NCBI RefSeq assembly: GCF_006345805.1
Contig: NC_043003.1
Span: 73,160,001 to 73,224,000, forward strand
Length of the DNA: 64,000 nucleotides
Source of the DNA: Octopus sinensis
Taxonomy: Eukaryota
Direction of reading: 5' to 3'
Part shown: positions 27,251 through 40,394 of the stretch, piece after piece
Numbering within the stretch: the first letter of the stretch is position 1
How the letters are laid out: each line of letters opens with the position of its first letter
Program-made: the position numbers and the translations under genes
Notes under the pieces: generated by a model
Seen by the model: the letters and a program-made list of their open reading frames with translations, nothing else
Database searches by the model: none
What the model was told of the DNA's origin: nothing

Positions 27251-28569
27251 CAAGTTATCTAACTATAATATAATAGGCATTAATTTTTGTTTACTCCACT
27301 CTGAAAAAAAGTGATGGTGAGAACGAAGCAGGTTACTTTTGAATGGAGAAAGACAGATGGAATCCAACTACGCCATTAAAGAGAATAAAAATGTAGAAAG
27401 TTTGACAGATATTAATCGAGAAGACCGAGATATGAAATCAAAGAAATTTTCACGAAAGATTAAAATCAATAAACGAATGAAATTAAAAGTAAGACAAGAA
27501 GAAAATAAAAAGTGACGATAGACCAATGTTCAGATTAGGTTTGAAATCAAAATTTGAAGGTGTGAGAAAAAAATAACAGAGCGTACTTTACATCGAATAT
27601 TTCTGCATAAATGAAATAATTAAATAATTTATTTGAAACCTGTGATGAGAAAGAATTTCGTTGAATCGTGTGATAAGAACTTAGAAGTTGATATTATCAA
27701 CAGCGTAATAATCATAACACTATATGTGTGTGTGTGTTTGTGTGATTGTGTTTGTGTGTGCATGTCTGTGTATGAGTGTGTGTGATTGTGTGTGTGCGTG
27801 CGAGTGTGTGTAAAGATAAAATGATGCGTATATGTTGTACTATTTTAAGTTAATTATAATAAGGTGATATAAACAAAAGATAAGAACAAAACGAGAGGAA
27901 AAATATGTATGGCAATGTAGAAATGTAAAGGTTGCATTTCAAATAAAAACACAGAAGAAAAATGCAAGACAGCGTTTGTTACACTAAAGTTTAATATATA
28001 AATAAATGAATAAATGTAATTAAATTATTTAGTTTGATCGCGCAATGAGAACAACGTTGTAAGGTGATATCTTGATAGGCATAAATATATATATATATAC
28101 ACACATATGTATGTATGTATGTATATGTGTTTGTGTATGTGTGTATGTATATATTGCAGTATAGGTTCGTAGTTACAAGTAATATAGAAAACACAACAGA
28201 AACATGGATTACAGATTCGAATCAATAAATGAACTCAGAATTAAGACAAGTAACGAGAAAAGGAAGAGATAGAACACAGTGCAACGACGATCTAGAGATA
28301 CAAAGATAATACTTGAGTATTGAAGCATGTAAGAAGAAATATAATAAATATCAAATAAGATTCTAAGATACTCTAGAGCTAAAATAATAACTAATAGCAC
28401 ACTTGTGGTTTTAGAATGGTTCTCTTTATATATTTCAACGATCTTGCAAAGAAATGGAACATAATTCCACCTGCACTTTCTCGTGTATGAATTGATGTTA
28501 ACATGATATCTGTACAGTCAACCAAAGACATATTTTCGTCATACATGTTGCGTAACTGATATAGTAAAC

Positions 28570-28615
<46 letters not shown>

Positions 28616-29191
28616 AGATGTAATTGAAATGAAGTAAATTTAATTAATCTTTCAAGACAAAATGTGAACTTTGAGATAAGTGACATGAAAGTTGAATTTA
28701 GTCTGATTTATTTTAATTTATATTCCGTCTTCTTGCAGTATGACTAAGCTGTCTTTTAAAACGATGGAAACCGGTAGTCTAATTCGTTAAAGTGTAAGTA
28801 TTTTCGTTTTTGTGCAAAATGTGAAGAATATAAAACTAGTATTGGATGCATATTCTTAACTTTCCACACACTTCATCTGCCAACATTACAACTATTATGT
28901 AATTCCGAGCCCCCAGAAACAGCTGTCTGACCCAAATACCATGCCCTCTGCCTTTAATTTTCTGTATTTTGTAATCCATGTAAATTCGTTCTGTAAATAT
29001 AGGAATATTCATATGATTATACATGAACGTTCATCTTCTGAACATTTTCAGTTTTTGTTTGTCTCTCTCTATATCACTATATATATTTATATGCATTTAT
29101 ATATGTATATTTTATATATGAAACCCAAACGTGTTAATTTCTTTATTTGCATTATTATCTCTATCTCTGTCACTTTGCAGAAATATATAAG

Positions 29192-29227
<36 letters not shown>

Positions 29228-29294
29228 ATATATATATATGCGTGTGTGTGTGTGTGTGTATGTGTGTGTGTTTGTGTATGTGTGCGTTAAATAA

Positions 29295-31228
29295 AAGGTT
29301 TGAGATTTTCAGGACATAACGAGAAAGTTAGTTTTACAGCTGTTTCTGGGACATCAGAGACATCCCTTTATTGGAGATGACGAGAGATGGTTAAATAGAG
29401 GGAAATAGTAGAGTTCAATAGAAGGAGTTATTTTGGAAAAGGACATAAATAAAAAGTATAAAGGGAAATAAGAGGGTAAGTATAAAGGGAAATAAGTAAA
29501 GCTAAAAATAAAAAAAATCTAAAGTCATAGTTGCAGTTTTTTATCCAAGAAAAGTATTATGTAGAAGTGGCAGAAGTGCTTTGGTTTGGAAGACTTTGGT
29601 ATGGAAGCCCTGAATCTATTATGGATGATGACAAGATGTATGGAATATTTCTATTTTTGAAATGATGTCTGTGACTAGCGAGTGTTGTGGATTTACTGTT
29701 TCTTATATCTAAAAGAATTGAGATGCAGAGCGCATCGCTGTTTAAAAATTCCTAGTTGACCCTATATATATGGTTGTAGAATTGTGTAATATGTTGTAGA
29801 TGGTGCATTTATAAATTACAATAGGCCTTTAGCAATGGGTTTGTAGAGGGAAGATGGTTCCCAAGACGGCAGTTACATTGTAATGCATTGTGGAGATTAT
29901 TCTCAGGAATGGAGGAGGTAATATTGTCTGAGGAGAGGTTACAGACGGGGGTAGATTGGTCTATTATAATTATTATTATTATTATTGCTATTATCATTAT
30001 TACTATATCTATCATTGTTGTTATTTATCCTATCTGTAATAGTGGTAGTAGTATTCTGGTTAGTGTTAGTGGGATTGATTTTCATTAATGGGGTTCGATA
30101 TTGGAGCTATGTATATGTTGGGCGTTTGTGTATTCAGAGTTGTTAGAGTGTAAGTTTTGATAATAGAGGGAAAGATTTCTTTTATTAGAGGCTGTTATGA
30201 TAGATTCAGTGTTCGGCGGGGAGGAGCAGGATAGCTTTATGGTAGATCTATTAAAGGCAGAATAATATTTATGTTGACGAGGGAAGTTTGAGTCCAGTAT
30301 ATTAAAAAAGGATTTAGTTGAGTTGTTAACGTTTAGTGAGATGCGGAGTGTATACCATAGAATAGAGCGTCCACCGCTTTTTTTGGTTGTTTAGGGGTAG
30401 TGTAATCTATAGTTTTAGAAATCAGAGGTGGGTTATATGGTCCGTTAATGTCAGCTGCTTTGGTTTTTGACCTAGAGTTATATTTTGCGTGTGAGGTCTA
30501 AATTGTCTTAATCCGGGTTCTCCTGGGGGTCTAGTATAATGTATATGTGGTCTGTTCTGATTCTGATGGTTGGCATGTCGTTGTGATATGATTTGAGATA
30601 TATGTTGCTTGATACTAGTATTAGAGATGTACTATATTTGTTGGGAGAAGCCACTGGCAGCGAGCGCTTGGTTGTAATATGCGGTGTGATTATTTCCTCT
30701 GGACAATGGGTCGGATATACGGATCTGCTTTTTTTATTACCCATGCGGGCCAACATAGAGGGGAATATATATAGAGGGGTTCAGATATACGTATCGAGAT
30801 ACCCTTAACTATATTACCAAAGGTGGATTTATGGTGATTGGGTTTAATGTTTAACTGCTTAAGGTATTGGTTAGGTTTGTGATATTGGGAGTATTGGGAG
30901 GTCTTTAAGTTTAAAGTTACGTCTAAAAAATTAGTGGTTTTGTGGGAATTTTCAAAAGTAATGGATAGATTGAAGTTCGAGGAAAATTTGTGCAGATCAT
31001 TCCTAACGTATTCTAAAGAGGCTTTATTAACGCCCTTGGTGACATGATGATAAATAGATTGTATATATATGTATATATATTTGTGCAGATCATTCATAAC
31101 GTATTGGTGACGCAAAGCGTCATCACTGTAGAGACCTCCGTTGATGTTAGGGAAATGTATTTGGAGGTGGTGGAGTATGTTTAGTCCAACGAGGCCGATG
31201 ACTTGGGCGGACCCGGATGATCCCATAG

Positions 31229-31230
<2 letters not shown>
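29295..31230 (-). mobile_element. Penelope-like element (RT C-terminal half, GIY-YIG, pLTR)
   Basis: ORF 30690-31316 reads MGSSGSAQVIGLVGLNIL..GGLYSDDAL..NFLDVTLNL..YHKPN. IYKCTIY..IYIGSTR at ~29755-29815. pLTR with reverse-complement 'ggatg..tgtccca-GAAAC-AGCT-GTA' at 29335-29370. The 5' end abuts (TA)n. Confidence 0.85.

Positions 31231-31291
<61 letters not shown>
31231..31291. repeat. (TA)n microsatellite
   Basis: Directly visible. Confidence 0.95.
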
Positions 31292-31294
<3 letters not shown>

Positions 31295-32496
31295 TACATA
31301 TGAGAGGGTTTACCACTATGTGGATACCCTAATGATAGAAGTATACTCCTCATATATATGTAATACTATTTACTGAACCTCAGTTTTTCAATATGCTAGA
31401 CCACTGGTGTTAAATGGATGTTATCAGATTAATATCCAATTTTTCACCCTCATTTTAATTTTAATTATACATATATATGTTCATTATTAGCGAAAGAAGT
31501 ACTATTATTTCACAATATTAATCTGTATGTTAGACTGAAAGCAGAAATCTTTGAAAAATCTACTCAACTGATATTCTCCCCGACAAATCATTTGTATAGC
31601 GTTAAAAAGCACTATATATACAATATCATAAAACACGGAAAAATATCAGTAGCAGACGAAAACCGTCCTGCAGTGACAGTAGATTTGCTAAATACGTAAT
31701 TCTGCTTCTTTAAGCTTTGTCAGTAGCAAGTATCTACCAACACCACATGCTAAGAAAAAATAGGCCACAACTGATATAGTTAAACAGTGAATGAAAGATC
31801 ACTGACGTCGCACTAGCCGGCAATCATTAAAAAGTCATAGAATTAAATCTTGGTACATACGACAAACTTTCATTGTTAGTTGAATTAGTTTACCAATTAC
31901 TGAATTAATTAGTATTATTCATTGACTAATCTAATTAAGTGATAATAAATCTGCTGTTAATTATAGTAATTTCCTGTGTGTTATTGCAGTATAATACGAC
32001 AAAGTACTACAATAACCATTTTAATACAATTTTGTATCAAGAACTTGCAGTACATAAACACACGCACCTATACACCACACACACACACACGTGTATATGA
32101 GTGCCTGTTGACTTGCTATCGAATTGACAGTCATATTTGTAATAAAATAACTGTAGATGATATGGTGATTCGTTAGCATGATGACGAAAATATACAATTA
32201 AAGGACATGTCCAAGATTCCCTTTCCAGCCACCCGACAACTACCATGTGGCTAACCAGATAGTCTCTGCTTTTATCGCCTTGATTACAATTTCTCTTCCC
32301 TAGCATTAAAAAAATGCTACAAAACTGGTAGCAATTCTTAATCGTTGATGGATGATACTCCGTCACCAAAACGAATAACCTGCTGTTTTCTTGTCTTTAG
32401 AAGCTTGAGTCATAATTTGCACTTGGTACGAAGTGTTTCCTAAAATACCTATGCTTCAAATTTTGAGTACTTTTCATCTGCTTGCATTTGTACACA

Positions 32497-32540
<44 letters not shown>

Positions 32541-32999
32541 CACACACACACATGCATACATTATACACTATGTCGGATTGTCAATGACTATTTTGATTAC
32601 ATTCACCTTTTGAAAGATTTCGTTTTTCATTTTGATCCGTTTTCCTGTGTTCAAAATTCACAGTTCTTCTTAGTCATGTTTGGTAGCGTTGTCTGATTAG
32701 TATATATGTATTTGCTATGTGTATGTATGTGTTATGTTTAGTTGCTATATTTAATTTTGTTGAAGTTTCTTGGCTGTATATTAATTGAGTATTCTAATGA
32801 TCGTCAGTAATACAGCTGAGGTCATTTCATCTTTAATCTTCAAGACGGTATACATATTGTATAATTTTTCAGAAACATTACTCTGTGTATGAAAACATAT
32901 TATACATATATAATATATATTATATAGATTATACATGTATTATATATATACAATTATACAATTAATATTATATATATTATACATATATATACAATCTAT

Positions 33000-33965
33000 T
33001 TATCATCATGTATTTTTCGGTACATTGTGTCCACGCACCAAGGTATTTGAAATTTTCAACTACCTTCAGCGATTTACCGTCTCTCTCTTTCACTGACACA
33101 GGCATTTCGTGGTTGAATACTTGCAGCTCTCTTTTCTTTTCGTTACACTACAGTCCTACCTTCCCCGATTCCTGCTCGAATTTTCTCATCAACTCTTGTG
33201 CCTGATATGTCCTCTCTGTTAGTAAAGCCAGGTCATCACATAATCTAGGTCAGTTAGTGTTACTGCTTGATGACGTCTACTTGTTTGCCTATGCAGTTTG
33301 AATCTCAGTACGTTCTGCGCATTATATACAAGATGATTCGAAAGTCGCCATATATAGGAATGATTTATCTTTTTATAAGAAACAATTTATAAGTACTGTT
33401 TTTTAACAGGTTCTATATGGTTACCATTCTTTTGAACACACATTGCAACACGTTTACCCCACTCATTGTGAACGCGTAATAGCAGATCTGGCGATACGTG
33501 TGCAAATGAGTTGGTGATGCGTTCCTTCAAAGGATTTATTTCTTTTATCTTTCCGCGATACACCATGCTCTCAAATGCTCCCAAAGATAGAAACCAAGAG
33601 GGGTTAGATCAGGGAATCTAGGGATCTTATAAACTGTTTCTGATAAAAAAAAGTTTTTCCTATGTATGGAGACTTTTGAATCACCTTGTAGTCCAGAACG
33701 AAAGCGAAGCGATAAGGTGCTAGCCTGTCGCCTTGTAATACTCCAGTCTTGACTTCAAAGTATTCCGTCTCTCCATCAGGAGTGATCACTTTCGCTCTGG
33801 TGTTCTCATACAGCTTACATATTGATCTCAGAATTCTTAGTGGGATATCATATGCTTTAAGTATCTTCATCATCATTCTTCTATGTACTGAATCAAAAGC
33901 ATATTTAAAGTTTACATAGATAATGATAGCCTTCCTATCACAAGCAACATACTCATGTACCACCT
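33000..33965 (-). mobile_element. RTE-like RT fragment interrupted by a Tc1/mariner derivative
   Basis: ORF 33604-33963 reads YVNFKYAFDSVHR..TPDGETEYF..GVLQGDRLAPY.F..VLDY. It resumes as IMRRT..TSRRHQAVTLTDLDY..FKYLGAW below 33328. Same clade as 22143-24095. Confidence 0.8.
33329..33688 (-). mobile_element. Internally deleted Tc1/mariner-superfamily element, 360 bp, TA TSD
   Basis: TIRs caagatgattcgaaagtcgccatatatagga / tcctatgtatggagacttttgaatcaccttg. TA at 33327-33328 and 33689-33690. Retains PDLTPLGFYLW..SMVY..LKERI..RVAMCVQKNGNHIE. Confidence 0.9.
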
Positions 33966-34490
33966 TATAACATTAAAGTGGTCCATTCATAGTAAATTAT
34001 TGATAGTTATCTAGTATATGAAAATAAGTTGACACACACACGCATGCACACACATAGCTATACATCACACTCACACGTACATTTAGGGCTGACGTATAAG
34101 TTTAACAACTTTATTTGGTTTCCTACACGCAAAACAAAGTAGACACCTTCCTAACCTGTGAGGAAACGAAGTGCATTTACATGCATGTAAGTTTGTAGAA
34201 AATAAACACTGCGTGAGCTTCTATAAGGCTGACTCTGTGTAAAGTGAATTAAACAATAAGATAATTGTTCCACAAAAAATGAAAATGAATAAAATAATTA
34301 TTCAAAAGCACTAATGATTTGCTTTCGGGATAGCTCGTGCTGTAAATGATATCTGGGTCAGGATAAGTAAAGTAAAACTTGCAGACTATGAATATTCTAC
34401 TATTCAGCTGATTACTGTGTTGTTACCTGCATTGTGTCTGTATCCATGTGAACATGTGTGTGTGTGTGTGTGTGTATGCGTGCGCGCATG

Positions 34491-34639
34491 TAGCGCAGGT
34501 TGATTGTGCAGTAAAACGTTAGTTTCCCTACCGCATGTTTCCGTGTTCGCCGTGGAACCTTGGGTGTCTTCTAATATAGCTTCGAGCCGGTGAAACCGGC
34601 TTTATGTTGGTGCGCATGTGTAGGTGACTGCGTGTGTGT

Positions 34640-34720
<81 letters not shown>

Positions 34721-34905
34721 TGCGTGTGTCTTTGTGTGATTGTTCACCCATCACTTCATAACATGTGTTGGTATATTTGCGACAGAGAAACTTAGCGGTT
34801 CAGTAAAAAGGACCGATAGAATAAGCACCGACTTGAAAAAAATCTTCTAAGCAGTGCCCCAGTATGGCTGCAGTCTACTCACAAACAAGTAAAGGATAAA
34901 AGAGG
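34491..34905 (+). mobile_element. Degraded tRNA SINE with internal (GT)n and 'ccagcatggccgcag' tail
   Basis: Head gcgcaggttgattgtgcagtaa; 'aacttagcggttcagtaaaaaggaccgatagaataag'; tail gcagtgccccagtatggctgcagtc..aaacaagtaaag. Confidence 0.75.
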
Positions 34906-35029
34906 AAAATATATATGCATCTCTGCGTGCGTATGTATGAATGTGTTTGTGTGTGTGTGTGTGTGCGTGTGTGTGTAAAGCAAAGCTGAAAAATTAATGC
35001 ATCAAAATTAGATAAAGAAAATACCCTGA

Positions 35030-35800
35030 AATACTTGCCGCCAGCTAACAGACTTCGAAAATATAAATATAAGTCAGTTCATAAGTTTAGATAATGAATA
35101 ACAACGTAAAACATAGGAATTATATTAGTAGGAAGATTTAACAGTCTATATAGACTATACCTGACAATCTATTGGCACATGGCTGAAATTACCGCCATAT
35201 TTCCTTTCATTTTGGTTTTTCGTCTTGAATTCTGTTGATAATGAATCCACATTGGTCATGTGTTTTGTGTATGGGAGGTTGAGGTTCCTGTCTCCGGCGA
35301 GTTGGTTCTTTTTCATGGGGTTTTGTTTGGTTATACTCTGCTAAAAGTAATACGTATAACTCTAGGTGTTATTTTAAACTGGAGCGTTTTCATATTCCAA
35401 ACTCTTTGTAATAGTAAGCTGAATTTCCAGTTCCTTAAAATATTTTACCTTTGTTTATAATCACCGGTAACAGAAATTTGATACTGTCTTTAGATGTTGA
35501 GATGCTTCATGGTTTAGATTTCGTTCATAATTTTCTCTCCATACAATTTCGAAGAAACTAATTGATACTATTAAGCTATCGAATATTCGACAATGTTACA
35601 GTGTTGACTGTTAACACAGGATTCCGATGTGTAATATCGTACCAACGAACACATAAGCAAACTTGTCCGTGAACTGCTAAATCGTTTTCACTTCCACACA
35701 ATGTTGCAAAGTTGACGGGAAACAGACGATGTAGTGTTACTCATTTTGTTAAATTCTATTGTTGTAGTTTTTCAAGATCAAACAGTGACACCTTTCTGCG
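35030..35800 (-). mobile_element. Highly degraded Penelope-like RT remnant
   Basis: Minus-strand LNLPYT (~35270) and FVGTILH (~35640) resemble PLE motifs seen at 12.8 and 31.2 kb. Weak. Confidence 0.3.
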
Positions 35801-35963
35801 TCCATTGAATCTATTCAAAATAAAAGCAACATGCTCCTTCTACCGTAAGAGTGGTAGGAAGTTTGCTTCTCAGCTGTATAATTCAGTCTCACGGTGCGGA
35901 ACATAAGGTAAACCGTCTACTATAGGTCCGGGTTGACTAAAGCTTTCAGGGCAACATAAAAAA

Positions 35964-36184
35964 TTCTAATGCCAAATATGTCAAAAATAGACTTAAATCG
36001 TCAATAACCAGATATAATTCATCACTATAAGCACGCGTCCCGAAGCAAGCCGATATAAATTTCTAAAAAAATTCCGTTATCACTGAAATTTCTGTCGGCT
36101 TGCTTCGGGACGCGTGCTTATAGTGATGATTTATATGTGGTTATTGAGGGTTTAAGTCTATTTTTGGCATATTTGGCATTGGAA
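35964..36184. repeat. Foldback: ~100 bp inverted arms, 21 bp spacer
   Basis: 35964-36063 is approximately the reverse complement of 36085-36184. Includes a perfect 35 bp match tcatcactataagcacgcgtcccgaagcaagccga. Confidence 0.9.
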
Positions 36185-36972
36185 ATATTTTCTTTTACCC
36201 TTATTTATAAGTTGTTTATAAATTTAACCTTAAAAGGTATTTTTTTATTTGCTTGCTTCTGATAAATTTTTTTCGAAAATTTTATCCTATATTAGATATA
36301 TATATATATATACACACACACACAGAGGGAGAAATGAAACTACCTTTATTCACGAGTCTACTTGATCGATTGACCTACAGCTTAAAGAGATGAAGTCATT
36401 TGGTATGGTAAAGAATGGAACCTGTGCATTGGGAAACAAATCAAAATACTGCTGTCTGTGGAGACCAAAACTCACTCCCGAAACTTACCATCATGTAAAC
36501 ATTCTTCAAATACCCATCAACAGATTTCTTTATTCGTTATATTTCGTGTTCATTCTAAAATATTACTTGTCAGGGAGAACGGCGTCTGGTTAATTTGTTT
36601 CTCAACAATTTTAATAAATGTATGTATGCATGTATGTATGAATGTATGCGTGTGTATGTATATTGTATGTCATGTATATCTGTGTGCATGTATGTGTGTG
36701 TATGCGTGTATATATATATACATATATACATATAAATGCATAAATAGCTAAATACATGCACATAAAGTTATACAAGCGATCACATGCACACGCACGCGCA
36801 AGGGAGTCTGTTGTGATTTTGTCAATGATTTTCTTGAGATGAATCTCTGCTTTATAGTGTTTATTGTGGTGATGGGGTCAAAGCAGACAAGAGTTAAGAC
36901 GGGAAATTGCTTCATATGTATATAGATATATACATGTGTGTGTATATGTGTCTATGTGTGTGTTGATGGATG

Positions 36973-37007
<35 letters not shown>

Positions 37008-37141
37008 ATGTGTATTCCATACATACACAGAGACACACACAATCATATATAAGCATGTATTATATGCTGTTCATATTCATTTGTTTGTGTGCGTATAGGT
37101 ATGGGTGTGTGTGTGTGTTTGCGCGTATATGTGTGTGTATA

Positions 37142-37188
<47 letters not shown>

Positions 37189-37630
37189 TGTGCTGTCCCC
37201 TAAGGCAATGAAGAGCTGCGGTCATGTTTGAAAAAATGTGAAAGATGACTAATGATTTTCTTAGAAACATGAAGGAGATTTAACAATAAGTTTATTCCGT
37301 AGAGGAATTAATAATGTATCTTAAAAGGAACATGGCGAATCTATTTTTCTCATTACATTTGCCAACACTATATTCATTTTGTAAAGAGAAAATGCCAGTG
37401 TCGTTCAAGTGACATAAATACGCTTGGAAGGATTCCAAACGTTAGTTTCTTCTAAAGGGGAATGGTAATTGAAAACAAGATTGGATAAGTGGGTGGGTAG
37501 CGACGAAAAAGTGGTGATGAGATTCAACGGTCTTGTGCATAGATCTAAACCGCTGGATATATTTGTATCTGGGTGTGTGCGCGTGCATGTATGTAAATAT
37601 ATGACTGTGTTATATACATACACACATGAA

Positions 37631-37861
37631 GGCGGCGAGCTGGCAGACACGTTAGCGCGTCGGGTGAAATGCTTAGTGGTATTTCGTCTGTCGTTACGTT
37701 CTGAGTTCAAATTCCGCCGAGGTCGACTTTGCCCTTCATCCTTTCGGGGTCGATAAATAAAGTACCAGTTTCACACTGGTGTTGATGTAATCGACTTAAT
37801 CCCTTTGTCTGTCCTTGTTTGTCCCCTCTATGTTTAGCCCCTTGTGGGCAATAAAGAAATA
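37631..37861 (+). mobile_element. Full-length Nin-like tRNA SINE
   Basis: ggcggcgagctggcaga...gagttcaaattccgccgaggtcgactttgcccttcatcctttcggggtcgataaataaagtaccag...gccccttgtgggcaataaagaaat. Confidence 0.9.
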
Positions 37862-37919
37862 TATATACATACACACACATGCACACACACACACACACCA
37901 CACACACACAAATGTATAT

Positions 37920-38283
37920 ATAACGCACCATTCTCCGAGCCTTCCGGCAACTCCAGTCCGTCCCCTCCATCTCGCACATATTCCCTAACCCACCCGTTTC
38001 CGCCTTCAAACGAGCCCACAACCTGCATGACACCTGGTCCTCAGTTTTTTCCCTGTCCTCGCCTCCCAGCATGGATCCTTTCACTGCTGCTGCCCACGCT
38101 GTTGCAGTTGCCCCTGCCTCTCCAACACCATCATCCTCAAAGGTAACCATTACCGTCCCTATCACGTCACCGACTCCTTTACCCGCACCTCTAGTAATGT
38201 CAATTACTGCATCTCCTGCTCTCCCTGTCCTTCCCTGTGCATTGATCAAAGGGGACACCGCTTGACTGACCGCTTGTCGAAAA
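37920..38283 (+). mobile_element. Penelope-like (probably Neptune-type) linker/GIY-YIG fragment
   Basis: RTILRAFRQLQS..IFPNPPVSAFKRAHNL; HGSFHCCCPRCCSCP..FTRTSSNVNYCISCSPCPSLCIDQRGHRLTDRL (decayed C..C zinc linker plus NVIY.I.C..C..YIG.T). Confidence 0.75.
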
Positions 38284-38765
38284 TAGTAATGCAAAGATCC
38301 TACGGAATTTTATGATTCAGTGCGACCATGAGATAGAGAATAGGAAGCCGGATAATAGTCTTAACTGAGAAAGAAAACAAACTATGTTGGATCATGGATA
38401 TAGCATGCCCAGCTGACAACAAGGTATGCGATAAGGAAGAAAGAAGAGTCGAGAAATATGACAGGTTAGCTTGGGAAGTTAAGAAGTTGTGGTCAATGAA
38501 AAATGTAGCAGTAGTACTAATAATTGTCGGAGCCCAGGGAACGGTGAGCAAGAATCTCGAGAAGTACGTGGAACAAATAGAGGATGCAATAAGGGTGGAG
38601 CGCTTGCAGAAAACAGCACTGCTAGGAACCGCTCGAATACTTCTGAAGGTGCTCGAAAAATAAGCGGTGTTACCTTACTTCACAGGTAGTGAACAGCTAA
38701 CAGTGTAATGCATGTCCAGCATTAGAAGCTGTGCAAAGGCAACAACAACAACAATAATAATAATT
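38284..38765 (+). mobile_element. 3' end of R4/Dong-like element: RLE endonuclease domain, UTR, (AAC/AAT)n tail
   Basis: AKILRNFMIQCDHEIENRKPD; ORF 38394-38663 reads DIACPAD..KEERRVEKY..LAWEVKKLW..IIVGAQG..LQKTALLGTARIL. Confidence 0.85.
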
Positions 38766-38767
38766 AT

Positions 38768-38926
38768 TATTTCTACTTAAGGCACATCGACTCCAGTGTT
38801 TCACTGGTACTTTACCGACCCCGAAAGGATGAAAGGCAAAGTCGAACTTGGTGGATTTTGGACTTAGAACGTAACGACGGACGAAATGTCGCCAACAATT
38901 TTGCTCAGCGCGCTAACGACTCTGCC
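38768..38926 (-). mobile_element. Nin-like SINE, deleted
   Basis: 'cgaccccgaaaggatgaaaggcaaagtcgaac' core. Confidence 0.8.
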
Positions 38927-39476
38927 CTATGCAGTACCAGGCAGTGGCTCTCATGGCTTTGAATCATAACTGAGTGGAAATGTTAGAATGTACGTGTTAA
39001 GTCTAGGTATAAAAAGATAGGCTACAGCGAATATTCTACTCATTACCACAGATTTACTGGTCAGTAGCTTGGCCATAACCAGTTGAGCATATACCTTAGT
39101 GGCTGATGATATGTGCATTTCTGATCATGAGCAGAAGTAGTGGGGAAGCTTCATAACCATGTGTTGAGATGTATCTTTGGGGGTTGAATAATTCCCTCTG
39201 GAAACATGGGTGTTTCGTTCAGCATCCTTAAACAAGCGTTATTCAAGGGGACGTTTGAGTAGGATGGGCTACTCGACCTCAAGAAAATTCTAACTGGCCC
39301 CCACCTACAAGGTCATGCACTTTTTCTCTTGATATGAGATCACCATGTCTTGCACAGTATACAGATGGTTGTGATGTAGGTGTCTGGTGTACCCTTATTA
39401 GACGTGTAGTCATGATCGGTATATTGGGCTTCGTATATTTTGTCCCAGTGTCACTTTGATGACACTCACTCACTCG
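38925..39476. mobile_element. Interspersed non-coding repeat adjacent to (AAT)n, copy 1
   Basis: Colinear with 45581-46005 ('gagcagaagtagtgggga', 'gatgggctactcgacc', 'tcttgatatgagatcaccatgtc'). Confidence 0.8.
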
Positions 39477-39530
<54 letters not shown>

Positions 39531-39540
39531 TAATAATAAT

Positions 39541-39770
39541 AACACCAGGACTTACAAACACATATAACATACAGAAAATTGCACTACTAGGCACTGCACA
39601 CATCCTACGCAGAACACTTTCCATACAATAACCATCAGAGCATCACAACAAATCACAGAACATACCCAAGGCACACAGAGCTGCGCTCGGTAGTGAAGTG
39701 AAAGCACGCTATAAAAATAAAACTACTGAATAATAATAATAATAATAATGATAATAATAATAATAATACA
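39541..39770 (+). mobile_element. Very short 3' fragment of an R4/Dong-like element embedded in (AAT)n
   Basis: TPGLTNTYNIQKIALLGTAHILRRTLSIQ* followed by UTR. (AAT)n on both sides (39478-39540 and 39729-39767). Confidence 0.8.
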
Positions 39771-39785
39771 CGCATACATACACAC

Positions 39786-39818
<33 letters not shown>

Positions 39819-39836
39819 TATACATAGATATGTATA

Positions 39837-40220
39837 TCTCTCTCTATATAAACGGCAGTTTGTCTGTGCGTGTTTCTGTGTGTCTGTTTGCTTGTACCCT
39901 CACCCTGACCACGGCTTTCAACCGATTCTGATGAAACTTGACACACACATAGCCCAATGTCATAATTCAAAACTAACGCAGCGACAATTTTGAAAAGTTC
40001 CCCCAGTTCTGAAAAAAATCGATAAATTCGACATGGGGTCGAGAATCAGAAACACAAACCAAAAACTGTCTAGGGGACGCAACTCCACCTTTTTTAAATC
40101 TCCCAAAACAATTTACCATCATTTTTTTCCATTTTTTGGCTATTTTTTGGCTATAACTCTCTAAAAATGCTTATAGTTATTTCCCTTACAAACCTGAGCA
40201 ACGCCGGGCGATACTGCTAG
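39837..40220 (+). mobile_element. Non-autonomous Helitron
   Basis: Starts A|TC (tctctctctatataaa) and ends CTAG|T. Subterminal hairpin 'cctgagcaacgccggg' ~12 nt from the end. No TSD; inserted in (TA)n. Confidence 0.85.
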
Positions 40221-40249
40221 TATATATATATAAGCGTATTTATATGTAT

Positions 40250-40345
<96 letters not shown>

Positions 40346-40361
40346 GTATACATATATACAA

Positions 40362-40394
<33 letters not shown>

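Noticed and set aside
37707-38294. 195 aa minus-strand ORF
   Set aside because: It is an antisense read-through of a PLE fragment, a microsatellite and a SINE.
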